Assembly: GCA_040758235.1 (NCBI GenBank)
Contig: JBFLVW010000059.1
Location: forward strand, 81-64,080
DNA: 64,000 nucleotides
Origin: Candidatus Micrarchaeota archaeon
GTDB lineage: Archaea; Micrarchaeota; Micrarchaeia; Anstonellales; Bilamarchaeaceae
Reading direction: 5' to 3'
The notes under the pieces were generated by a model. The model worked only from the letters and a program-made list of their open reading frames with translations, ran no database searches and was not told the origin of the DNA. Position numbers and translations under genes: made by a program. This document shows positions 25,277 to 34,165 of this stretch, one piece after another; position 1 is the first letter of the stretch; each line of letters opens with the position of its first letter.

Positions 25277-26521
25277 ATGGAGTTCGTCGAGTGCCTGGGC
25301 GCGTCGAGGGAGGTGGGCCGGAGCGCGTTCCTGCTCGGCACCGACAAGAGGATAATCCTCGACTACGGCATCAAGATTTTCGATGAGAGCGGCAAGCCCA
25401 AGTTCCCGCTGGAAACACAAATCGAGCCGGACCTCGCGGTCCTCTCGCATGCGCACCTCGACCACAGCGGGTGCCTGCCCGCGCTTTATACCGAGCACAA
25501 AATCAGGTGGTACGCCACTCCTCCCACCAAGGACATCTGCGAAATCCTCTGGGAGGACAGCATGAAAATCATGGGCGAGGGGCTCCCCTACCGCCTGCCG
25601 CACCTCAAGAAGGCCCTTAAGCACTGGGACCCGCTCCTTTACAGGAAGCCCATCACGACCGGCGAGACGACGATAGGCCTCCATGACGCCGGGCACATAA
25701 GCGGCTCGGCGATGATAGAAATCGAGCATGGGGGGAAAGTCTTCTTCTACACCGGGGACTTCAAGTGCGAGGACACTTTCATGCACCGGGGCGCGAAGCC
25801 CGTGGACGGCGTGGACTACCTGATGATAGAGAGCACGTACGCGAAAAAGGAGCACCCCCCGCGCCACGAGACCGAGAAAATGCTGATGGAGCACATATAC
25901 GATACGATAGAGAACGGCGGGAACGTCATCCTCCCCTCCTTCGCCCTCGGGAGGACCCAGGAGCTGATGGCCCTCATCAGGCACTACGACGAGGAAGTGC
26001 CCGTCTTCGTGGACGGGATGGGACGGGACATAACGAAGGTGTATCTGCGGTATCCGCAGTATATCAAGGACGCGGATGCTTTCCGGAAGGCCGTCCGGAG
26101 CGTGAAGATGGTCGAGTCCATCGCGGACAAGAGGGCGGCGACGAGGGAGCCTTCGGTGATAATCTCCAGCGCCGGCATGATGAACGGCGGGCCCGTCCTG
26201 AACTACCTGTTCAACGCGAACTCGGAATCGAAATTGATATTCACCGGATACTGCGTCGAGGGCACGAACGGATGGCTGCTCCAGAACAAGGGGAGCATAA
26301 TGAAGGAGGGGCAGGAGCTGAGCATTGACCTGCCGGTCGAGTACCTCGATTTCAGCGCGCATGCCGGCAGGACGGACATCCTGAATTTCATAAAGAAGGC
26401 GAATCCGGAAAAAGTCCTGCTCGTCCATGGGGACAAGCCGGAGGAGTTCGCAATAGAACTGAAAGAGGACCACGGATTCGACGCCCTCGCCCCGCTTCCG
26501 GGCGAGCGGGTGATGCTTTGA
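25277..26521 (+). CDS. Metallo-beta-lactamase / beta-CASP ribonuclease (short archaeal CPSF-like, aCPSF2-type)
   Basis: LGASREVGRSAFLL N-terminus, HAHLDHSG zinc motif, and beta-CASP region motifs. No KH domains; about 415 aa. The track start 25220 is a GTG. The ATG at 25277 gives a canonical N-terminus. Confidence 0.8.
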   Translation: MEFVECLGASREVGRSAFLLGTDKRIILDYGIKIFDESGKPKFPLETQIEPDLAVLSHAHLDHSGCLPALYTEHKIRWYATPPTKDICEILWEDSMKIMGEGLPYRLPHLKKALKHWDPLLYRKPITTGETTIGLHDAGHISGSAMIEIEHGGKVFFYTGDFKCEDTFMHRGAKPVDGVDYLMIESTYAKKEHPPRHETEKMLMEHIYDTIENGGNVILPSFALGRTQELMALIRHYDEEVPVFVDGMGRDITKVYLRYPQYIKDADAFRKAVRSVKMVESIADKRAATREPSVIISSAGMMNGGPVLNYLFNANSESKLIFTGYCVEGTNGWLLQNKGSIMKEGQELSIDLPVEYLDFSAHAGRTDILNFIKKANPEKVLLVHGDKPEEFAIELKEDHGFDALAPLPGERVML

Positions 26522-26530
26522 GGTGGGCCT

Positions 26531-27049
26531 ATGGGGTACCTCGAAAAAATGAGGAAGACGATATGGGGCATCAATGAAAAGGAGTTCGAAAGCCTGCTCG
26601 GGGAGGGGTTTGCGTTCTCCCTCACGTACTTCGCCATGCTTCTTGCAATCGGTAGCGCTGCGAGTTTCGCGGTCGCATTCGCCTCGAGCGGGAGTGTCGT
26701 CGTCTCGCTGCTCGCGATGGCGCTCGGCACGTTCACCTACGCCTTCGGCATAGGGCTCGTGCTCCCGCTGGTGTCGCATTTCATGATAGGTCTTTTCGGG
26801 GGAAAGAGGCCGGTAACGGACACCTTCCAGATGTACTTCTACGCCTCGACGCCATCTCTTCTCCTGGGATGGGTGCCTTGCGTGGGGGGCCTCACGCCGT
26901 TCGTATCCTTCGGCAACGCGTTCCGGGGCCTGCGTGAAATCAATAGGCTTGGATTCTGGCAGGCGGCCGCGGCGGTGCTGCTGCCGGCCCTCGTGTACTG
27001 GGGATTGTGGGTTGCCTTGATATTCGGCTTGATGAGCTTTGCGTGCTGA
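26531..27049 (+). CDS. Yip1-domain-like membrane protein (172 aa, 4-5 TM)
   Basis: Multi-pass hydrophobic protein with a short cytoplasmic N-terminus. ATG confirmed. Family call is tentative. Confidence 0.45.
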   Translation: MGYLEKMRKTIWGINEKEFESLLGEGFAFSLTYFAMLLAIGSAASFAVAFASSGSVVVSLLAMALGTFTYAFGIGLVLPLVSHFMIGLFGGKRPVTDTFQMYFYASTPSLLLGWVPCVGGLTPFVSFGNAFRGLREINRLGFWQAAAAVLLPALVYWGLWVALIFGLMSFAC

Positions 27050-27069
27050 ACGCTAGTCCAAGCGCCGGC

Positions 27070-27873
27070 TCAGGGGCAGTTCAGCGACGCCATGTTGACG
27101 CTGGCGCCTGTTCCCACCGTTATCTGGGTTACCCATATGTCCACGATCTCGGTCCCGAACGAAGCCGTCTTTATCGACCCCGGGCCGAGATGCTGCACCC
27201 ACAGGAGCTCATCAGTGCCCGAATCCCGGAGTTCGAACCTTGCCGGGTCCGTTGCGTCCGTCAGCCTCACGGAATAATGGTCCATGACCTCCTCCGCCCC
27301 TTCCGCCATGTCCCCCACGAAGTTGCCATCGGCATTGCATTGCAGGGCGCAGGCCGGCGAGTCCGCGACTTGCACGTCTGCGGCCCCGGATGCATGGACC
27401 ACGCGGGGCCAGGCGAATATCTGGGTAGTGTCGGGATGTTGTACTGCCAACCCGTTGCCCTCTTCCAACAGCTCGTCCGCGAGCGGGACGCAGTCGTCAC
27501 TCCTGACCGAGAGCCTGGCAAGCGGCACGCCGCCATCCGGGAAGATTACATCGTCCAAGGAAACCTCTCCTTTGTTGAACCGCATGCTGTCTCCGGGCTG
27601 CATCATCTTCGATACGAGCGGCATGCAGGACAGCGCGGTTCCAAGGTCGAAGCACTGCTCCCCCGCAGTGGTGTCGGCTGTTGATGCGGTCTCCGTCCTT
27701 CCGGTGGTCCCGCCCGAGGCCCCGCCCGTCCCGGTTCCCTCCCCCGGCGGCTCGACGATGGGGCCGCAGCCCGTCAGAAGCCCTGCCAGGAGCGTTTCCT
27801 TCGTGAAAGCACGCTGCGGGCGCGGCCGGTCGTTCCTGTCCCTTTTTCCAGAAGTTCCGAGGGCGACGTTCAT
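27070..27873 (-). CDS. Secreted lipoprotein, hypothetical
   Basis: ATG at 27871-27873 (MNVALG...). Lipobox LLAGLLTGCG. Gly/Thr-rich linker GTGTGGASGGTTGRTETAST, then a Cys-containing domain. The track ORF extends to 27927. Confidence 0.5.
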   Translation of the reverse strand: MNVALGTSGKRDRNDRPRPQRAFTKETLLAGLLTGCGPIVEPPGEGTGTGGASGGTTGRTETASTADTTAGEQCFDLGTALSCMPLVSKMMQPGDSMRFNKGEVSLDDVIFPDGGVPLARLSVRSDDCVPLADELLEEGNGLAVQHPDTTQIFAWPRVVHASGAADVQVADSPACALQCNADGNFVGDMAEGAEEVMDHYSVRLTDATDPARFELRDSGTDELLWVQHLGPGSIKTASFGTEIVDIWVTQITVGTGASVNMASLNCP

Positions 27874-27957
27874 GAAGATTATGCTTGTATAAACCCATAA
27901 AAATTTTTGTCCCAAAACTCTGCACACATGGTTCGGGGGAGAGGGCTATGCCCTGGG

Positions 27958-28386
27958 TTATTCAGGCTCGTAGGCATTTGCTGTGCTTTTGCGCGAGACT
28001 ACGTCACTGCTTCCAGCGTTCCTTTCGACAACAGACTGCTCAATCTCGAATTCACTCCAAACCTTCCCGCCCGGTGCAGTCTTTTTCCGGCCTGTTGGCA
28101 TTTTGCTCTTATAAGTACAATTTTCTCCGTGAACTGTGTTGGGGTGACGGCTATAACTGCAGAATAATTCAACCTTGCGCTTCAGGATGCTGAGGCGTAT
28201 GGCGCTGACTCCGTAGCCGCCGGAAACAGGACGATGGCAGCTGCCTTCGAAGCCGACATTGCCGTTCCGGACTGCCGCGGCGCATGAACCAGCGATGGAG
28301 GCTGCAAGCACCCCGGCGAAAACGAATCTGTTCCTTCTGGATTTGGATGCAGGGACTCGTTCCGCTTCCGTACTCTTGGTCTGCAT
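27958..28386 (-). CDS. Possible small Tat-lipoprotein (142 aa)
   Basis: MQTKSTEAERVPASKSRRNRFVFAGVLAASIAGSCAAA resembles a twin-arginine signal with a lipobox. Third-position G/C is only about 55%, lower than neighbours. The remainder of track ORF 27958-29223 runs across cca in another frame and was rejected. Confidence 0.3.
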   Translation of the reverse strand: MQTKSTEAERVPASKSRRNRFVFAGVLAASIAGSCAAAVRNGNVGFEGSCHRPVSGGYGVSAIRLSILKRKVELFCSYSRHPNTVHGENCTYKSKMPTGRKKTAPGGKVWSEFEIEQSVVERNAGSSDVVSRKSTANAYEPE

Positions 28387-28445
28387 GTAGATATTGTCGC
28401 TGGAGGTATTTAAAAATGTTAAATTAACGCCGGGGCGGCCATTGA

Positions 28446-29756
28446 TTACTTCTTGCGTGCTTTGCGCTTCGTGTTTCGCCCATCGAACTTGGGAGTCTCC
28501 AGAACCAGCATCTCTTCCGGATATGCGAGATGCGAGCGGGTTTTTGAGTATGCACGGAAGAACTCCATTATCGCCGCGGAGGCTTTCGTCACCGGCCTCC
28601 GGACGGTCGCCCATATCTTCCCTTTTTTGGCTTTGAATTTCGCCCTTTTGTGGCTTTTTTTGAATCCTGAAACATGCTCCTTCATCTTCAGGGGCGGGCC
28701 TTCCACCTCCATCGTTTTGGGAAGCTCGTCCCTCCCGAGGACGAACGCGATGCGGACTATATGCTGGCTGTCGTCGGCGAATATGCTCGCCGGGGAGAAG
28801 TCCGCGAGATGCGGCTTGAGCTGCCCGAGGAGCTTGTGGAGCTGGCCCCACATGATGTCGTCGACGACATCGGGCCGGGGCATCGAGAGCAGGAAGAGCT
28901 TCTTCCCTTTCGAGAGCCTGGCCGCCTGCTCCTCGAACGTTTCCCTTTTCCTGAAGAACGCCTCCGCGGTAGGCTTCCTCACGAACGCCCGGCATTCCGC
29001 GACCAGCCTCTTCAGGTTCGCCGGGGAGACCGCGGCCGCAACATTCCTGTTCCTGTCGGTGGGGTCGACGACTATGAAGTCCGAGCGGAAGCGCTCCCGG
29101 AGGGCCTTCAGGTCGCGGGCCTTGTAGTATTTTTTCAGGTCGATGAGGACGGGCGGCTTCCATTTCGATATCGCCCGGACGAGCCTTCGGAACGAGCCGT
29201 ATCTTATTATGAGGAGCTCGCAAAGGTATCCGGAGAGGCCCTCCACGCGTATCTCCGCCCCGTAGAGGCCGGCAGCCCGCAGGAACTGCTTTGTGAGCAG
29301 GACATCTGCGCGCTGGCCCTCCTTCAGGTTGTCGAGGACGAAGACCGTGTGCAGGACCGAGCGGTCCACCGCGCTCTGGCGCTCCGCCGCGTCATCTATC
29401 CTGTAGGCCGGAACGAGGTCTATGCGCCTGCCCTCGAAATGGAAGCGGACGTATGGGTGCTCGGCGTAGCTGAGCTGGTAGCCGAGGGTGGGGAACGAAA
29501 ATTCCATTATCCTTTTGATGTGCGGCTCCAGCTCGCTTCTCTGGACCGAGCGGTCGAAAAGGACGAAGATGTCTATGTCCCTTTTGTCCCGCAGGAAGGT
29601 CCCCTTGGCCATCGAGCCGGTGAGGACTGCTTCGCACCCCTGGGGCGCGTTCTCCTGGATGTGCGAGACCAGCATCCGCGCGAACGCCAGCTCCTCCTCC
29701 GCCTCGGCCCGGTTAGGGCTTATCGCGGCTGCCACTGAGGAGAGGATTTTCCGCAT
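28446..29756 (-). CDS. cca: CCA-adding tRNA nucleotidyltransferase (archaeal class I)
   Basis: Pol-beta-like NTase N-terminus GSMAKGTFLRDKRDIDIFVLF and archaeal CCA-enzyme architecture (436 aa). ATG confirmed. Confidence 0.85.
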   Translation of the reverse strand: MRKILSSVAAAISPNRAEAEEELAFARMLVSHIQENAPQGCEAVLTGSMAKGTFLRDKRDIDIFVLFDRSVQRSELEPHIKRIMEFSFPTLGYQLSYAEHPYVRFHFEGRRIDLVPAYRIDDAAERQSAVDRSVLHTVFVLDNLKEGQRADVLLTKQFLRAAGLYGAEIRVEGLSGYLCELLIIRYGSFRRLVRAISKWKPPVLIDLKKYYKARDLKALRERFRSDFIVVDPTDRNRNVAAAVSPANLKRLVAECRAFVRKPTAEAFFRKRETFEEQAARLSKGKKLFLLSMPRPDVVDDIMWGQLHKLLGQLKPHLADFSPASIFADDSQHIVRIAFVLGRDELPKTMEVEGPPLKMKEHVSGFKKSHKRAKFKAKKGKIWATVRRPVTKASAAIMEFFRAYSKTRSHLAYPEEMLVLETPKFDGRNTKRKARKK

Positions 29757-29797
29757 GGCTAAGCCTCGGAAGCAATCTTTTAAAAGAACGCTACGGA

Positions 29798-32077
29798 ATG
29801 GCTTGCATGCGACGATTGCTGGCGCTGCTATTCATAGTTACGCTTCTCGGATTCGGCTGCCTCGAGGACCGGACGTTCCCCGGCTCGCGGGCCGAGTCGG
29901 TCTCCAACAGCCAGGAAGTCGACCTGGACAGCGACGGCTCGTATGACTATGCGGTTTATGATTTCGCGCCGGTCGCCGTCCCGGAATCCGGGCTGACAGT
30001 GACGAGGCAGATGACGGTCGCCGTCGAAACCTCCGGCGCGTTCTCTGAGATAGACCCCAACCTCACGGACGTGGACCTGCTCCTTGCGGACCAGAGCCTG
30101 GAGGAGTTCTCCAAATCCAGGATACAGGCCGAGACCGAATGCAGCGAGCAGATCGGCCTTGCGAGCGTCGTATGCTCCGACATACTCACATGCAGCAAGC
30201 TTTGCTCGGCGGCCTCCGTGAAGTGCAAGAGGATAGTCGAGAACGACGAGGAGGTAATCGCCGGCTCCATGATTTCATATGTCCAGTCCAACAACAGGAT
30301 ACGCTCGCTCCTGCTGGACGCGCGCAGGAGCGTGGTCGAGTTCCGCACCGCGGGCGAAGAGGAGCGCGCGGAGTTCATGCAGAACATAAGGGGCATAATC
30401 ACCGAGGTCGGGAGCATCAACTCCAACCCGGTCTACACGCTTGCGGACTTCGGGCTGTGCCAGCACAACGACTTCGGCGTCCCCTACATCAACGAGGCTC
30501 TCGCGAGGATAGGAACGCACGGCGCGGAGCCGACGGGCTACAGGTACAGGATGATTCTCACGGTAAAGGGCCAGGGCGCGAACGGCGGCGGGGCCGAGAC
30601 CGCGAACCTCGGGATTTCGGACAGGGTTCCGTCTTCCGTCGTCCCGCAGCCCGAGCAGATATCGTCAATTCAGACCATCTCGGCCTCCTCAGAAGGCGGG
30701 TGGGCGCTCGTCAACTGGACGTCGTCCGGAGCCGCGAAGGACGGCTACGTTTTCGAATACGAGTTCCGCTCAGCCGAATCTCCGGAGAACGTAGTGAGCG
30801 CCCTCAGGGCTCCTGATGTCAAGGTGAGGAAGCTCAATCTGGTCTTCCTCGCCCCGACCAATTTCTTCCTGACGGCGGTCCACGGCCTGACGAAGGATTA
30901 CTTCTTCGCCTACGGGGCCGCGCTCGGCATCACGGTCGCGATACTGTTCTTCATATACAACTTCTTCGTGCTCGCCTTCACCATGGTTTCCGAGCGCGCG
31001 GCCGGGGCGACATTCACCACAGGCTTCCGAAAGGCCTTCGGCAGGACCGACGTCAAGTGGAAGACCGACATAATCATAGCTTTGGTGGCGCTTGCCGGGG
31101 CGCTGACGGTGCCTTCCCTCACGGCCATCGCCCAGCCGCCCTCGGCCCCCACAGTGCTCGGCTCGTTCGAGGTCATCCTCGCGAGCGGAGCCGGCCTCGT
31201 CGTCATCGGCCTCTCGTTCGTGGGCTTCGTCTTCCTTTACTTCGTCATCGACAACATCGCGAAGATAACGATACTCGAGAAGGCGTACGGCATGGTAATC
31301 AAGCAGGAAAAGGACATGTTCCTCGCCAAAGCCGCATCGCTAAAGGACAGGATAAAGGAGCTTGAGACGCTCATCGAGGAGCTGAGCAAGGAGGACTTCG
31401 AAGTGTCCAAGGAATACGAGGTCCTGAGCGCGATGAAATCCGAGAAGATAGACGCCCTGACCAAGGAGATGACCGCAAGGACGAAGGCAGTCATAGACGA
31501 GGACCTCTCGAAGGTGGAGAGGGCGGTAAGCGGCCTCAAGGAGAGGAAGCGCCTGACCGACGAGAGCTGGGCGAAATGGAAGGAAAGCATAGCGAAGGGG
31601 CTCTCCGAGCAGGGGGAGGTATACACCTCTTCGCTGGTGACGATACCGGCTTCCCTGCGCAACTGGGCGCTCAGCAGGTACGTCAAGGAGGAGGGCGCCG
31701 AGGGCCTCGTATTCGAGCGCGACTCCATCAAGCGCAAGAAGGTCACGCCCGAGCAGATGGTCCAGGACCTCGTCCAGCGCGGCTTCATACGGGGGGCGGT
31801 CGTGATGAAGGACGACAAGCCCATAGTGTCCGAATTCGCAGAAGGCGGGGGGACGGTGATGACCGCCCTGTCCATGAAGCTCGCATCATACCTCAAGTCG
31901 CTCGCGAAGAACCTCGGCCAGCACGAGCCCGTGAGCTTCATAGCGCAGGGCGAGCGCAGGGTAATCGTGATGATGAAGGGCAGGACCGTATATTCCATTG
32001 TTTTCGTCAACAGGGACAAGTTCAAGGACGCGATGGAGCAGTGGAAGGCCAAGATGAAGCTGTTCGAAGGCGGCTGA
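29798..32077 (+). CDS. Large membrane lipoprotein-like protein (759 aa): extracytoplasmic N-domain, 3 TM, cytoplasmic coiled-coil, C-terminal Roadblock/LC7-like domain
   Basis: Signal/lipobox LLGFGC. Extracellular domain of about 340 aa with several Cys. TM helices near residues 350-470. Coiled-coil KDRIKELETLIEELSKEDFEV... C-terminal roughly 110 aa (GAVVMKDDKPIVSEFAEGGGTVMTALSMKLASYLKSLAKNLGQHEPVSFIAQGERRVIVMMKGRTVYSIVFVNR) resembles the Roadblock/LC7 (MglB-like) fold. Confidence 0.6.
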   Translation: MACMRRLLALLFIVTLLGFGCLEDRTFPGSRAESVSNSQEVDLDSDGSYDYAVYDFAPVAVPESGLTVTRQMTVAVETSGAFSEIDPNLTDVDLLLADQSLEEFSKSRIQAETECSEQIGLASVVCSDILTCSKLCSAASVKCKRIVENDEEVIAGSMISYVQSNNRIRSLLLDARRSVVEFRTAGEEERAEFMQNIRGIITEVGSINSNPVYTLADFGLCQHNDFGVPYINEALARIGTHGAEPTGYRYRMILTVKGQGANGGGAETANLGISDRVPSSVVPQPEQISSIQTISASSEGGWALVNWTSSGAAKDGYVFEYEFRSAESPENVVSALRAPDVKVRKLNLVFLAPTNFFLTAVHGLTKDYFFAYGAALGITVAILFFIYNFFVLAFTMVSERAAGATFTTGFRKAFGRTDVKWKTDIIIALVALAGALTVPSLTAIAQPPSAPTVLGSFEVILASGAGLVVIGLSFVGFVFLYFVIDNIAKITILEKAYGMVIKQEKDMFLAKAASLKDRIKELETLIEELSKEDFEVSKEYEVLSAMKSEKIDALTKEMTARTKAVIDEDLSKVERAVSGLKERKRLTDESWAKWKESIAKGLSEQGEVYTSSLVTIPASLRNWALSRYVKEEGAEGLVFERDSIKRKKVTPEQMVQDLVQRGFIRGAVVMKDDKPIVSEFAEGGGTVMTALSMKLASYLKSLAKNLGQHEPVSFIAQGERRVIVMMKGRTVYSIVFVNRDKFKDAMEQWKAKMKLFEGG

Positions 32078-32268
32078 TTTTTGGTGTGCGGAGAAGGCCC
32101 TTTTTTAGGCGCGCAAGGCCCTCCTTTTTGTGTGTATAGCAGTATTGCCATGGTAAAAAATAGGGCAGGAATTGGCCCAAAAACACAACCCATATAAAGG
32201 CTTTCAGGCAATTCATTTACGCTATTCTCTACGACGTGAAATGGGGTTCCAGGACCAGTGGTTTTTTT

Positions 32269-34158
32269 ATGGGTGAAGACATCGGATATACCGCGAAGGA
32301 GATACAGGTCCTTGAGGGTCTGGAAGGCGTCAGGAAAAGGCCCGGAATGTACATAGGGGACACCTACAAGCGGGGCCTCCACCACCTCGTGTTCGAAATC
32401 GTGGACAACAGCATAGACGAGGCCCTCGCGGGCCACTGCAGGAACATAACGATAACCCTGAGGCAGGACGGCGGCGTCATGATAAAGGACGACGGCAGGG
32501 GCATCCCCACGGACCGGCACGCCTCCGGGAAATCCGCGCTCGAGCTGGTCTCGAGCTCCCTCCATGCCGGGGGCAAGTTCGAGAAGAAGGCCTACAAGGT
32601 TTCCGGAGGCCTGCACGGGGTGGGCATGAGCGTCGTCAACGCCCTCTCGGAATGGATGATTATAGAGGTCCACAGGGAAGGGAAAATCCACAGGATATCC
32701 TATTCCCGCGGCAGGCTGTCGAGCCCCGTTACCGTGATGGGGGACACGGAGAATCGCGGGACCTGGGTGTCGTTCAAGCCCGACCATCAGGTATTCCAGT
32801 CGATAGCCTTCGAATTCGACTACCTCGCGGAGCGGATGATGGAGCTCGCTTTCCTGAACAAGGGCCTGAGGATAACGCTCGAGGACGAGAAGGACGGGAA
32901 AAAGAGCGAATACTGCTACGAGGGGGGGATTGCGGAGTTCGTGAAATACCTCAACCAGGCCAAGAACAAGCTGCACGAGCCGGTCTATTTCGCGAAGAAG
33001 AACGATCACCTCGAGATAGAGTGCGCCCTGCAGTACACGGACGCCTACAGCGACAGCATATACAGCTTCGTGAACGACATAAAGACCATCGAGGGCGGGA
33101 CGCATGTGGTGGGCTTCAGGACCGCCCTGACGAGAGCAATCAACGACTTCGCCCGCACCAACAAGCTCGTCAAGGAGGAGCACAAGATTACCGGCGACGA
33201 CTCGATAGAGGGCATCACCGCCATCCTCAGCATCAAGATAGCCGAGCCGCAGTTCGAGGGGCAGACCAAGACCAAGCTGGGGAACAGCGAGGTAAGGGGG
33301 GCCGTCGACTCCATAGTGTACGATTCCCTTAAGACGTACATGGAGGAGCACCCCCCGGATGCGAAGCGCATCATGGACAAGATAGTGAACGCCATGGAGG
33401 CGCGCGAGGCGGCCCAGAAGGCGAAGGACCTCATCCGGAGGAAGAACGTCTTCGAGAGCAGCGTGCTCCCCGGCAAGCTCGCCGATTGCGCCGAGGAGGA
33501 CCCCGCGAAATCGGAGATTTTCTTCGTGGAGGGGGATTCGGCGGGCGGGAGCAGCAAGATGGCCCGCGACCGCCAGCACCAGGCCATCCTCCCCCTGAGG
33601 GGCAAGATACTGAACGTGGAGAAGGCGCCGATGCACAAGGTGCTCGAGAGCGAGCAGATACGGAACATCGTCCTGTCCATCGGGGCCGGGTTCAAGGACG
33701 ACTTCGACATAGCCAAGGTCAGGTACCACAAGATTATAATCATGAGCGATGCCGACGTGGACGGCTCTCACATACGGACGCTCATACTGACGCTCTTCTA
33801 CAGGTATTTCAGGCAGATAATCGAGAAAGGCTACCTTTACGCCGCCCAGCCGCCCCTCTACCGCGTCGCCAGGGGCAAAAGCGTCCAGTACGCCTACAGC
33901 GATGCGGAGCTCGCAGAAATCACGAAGCAGACCGGCGACGGGGCGAACATACAGAGATACAAGGGGCTTGGTGAGATGAACGCCGAGCAGCTCTGGGAGA
34001 CGACAATGAACCCGGAGACGCGGACGCTCAAGAAGGTCACGATAGAGGACGCGATGGTCGCGGACGAGCTTTTCACAATCCTCATGGGCGACCAGGTCGA
34101 ACCGAGGAGGAATTTCATCGAGCAGCACGCGGCGAGCGTGAAGAACCTGGACATCTAG
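32269..34158 (+). CDS. gyrB: DNA gyrase subunit B
   Basis: [23 protein letters not shown] ATPase motifs, and Toprim EGDSAGGS. C-terminus ends with the gyrA-binding tail. The track start 32236 is a GTG; the in-frame ATG at 32269 gives a canonical N-terminus. Confidence 0.95.
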   Translation: MGEDIGYTAKEIQVLEGLEGVRKRPGMYIGDTYKRGLHHLVFEIVDNSIDEALAGHCRNITITLRQDGGVMIKDDGRGIPTDRHASGKSALELVSSSLHAGGKFEKKAYKVSGGLHGVGMSVVNALSEWMIIEVHREGKIHRISYSRGRLSSPVTVMGDTENRGTWVSFKPDHQVFQSIAFEFDYLAERMMELAFLNKGLRITLEDEKDGKKSEYCYEGGIAEFVKYLNQAKNKLHEPVYFAKKNDHLEIECALQYTDAYSDSIYSFVNDIKTIEGGTHVVGFRTALTRAINDFARTNKLVKEEHKITGDDSIEGITAILSIKIAEPQFEGQTKTKLGNSEVRGAVDSIVYDSLKTYMEEHPPDAKRIMDKIVNAMEAREAAQKAKDLIRRKNVFESSVLPGKLADCAEEDPAKSEIFFVEGDSAGGSSKMARDRQHQAILPLRGKILNVEKAPMHKVLESEQIRNIVLSIGAGFKDDFDIAKVRYHKIIIMSDADVDGSHIRTLILTLFYRYFRQIIEKGYLYAAQPPLYRVARGKSVQYAYSDAELAEITKQTGDGANIQRYKGLGEMNAEQLWETTMNPETRTLKKVTIEDAMVADELFTILMGDQVEPRRNFIEQHAASVKNLDI

Positions 34159-34165
34159 TGGTCAT

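Noticed and set aside
28387-29223. Upper part of track ORF 27958-29223 (421 aa)
   Set aside because: It overlaps the CCA-adding enzyme gene on the same strand in another frame. Only the 3-prime 142 codons (27958-28386) fall in otherwise unassigned DNA and were kept as a low-confidence feature.
31237-34128. 963-aa antisense ORF across the gyrB region
   Set aside because: It is antisense to a canonical gyrB with GHKL and Toprim motifs. Its product is low-complexity with no motifs, a high-GC artefact.
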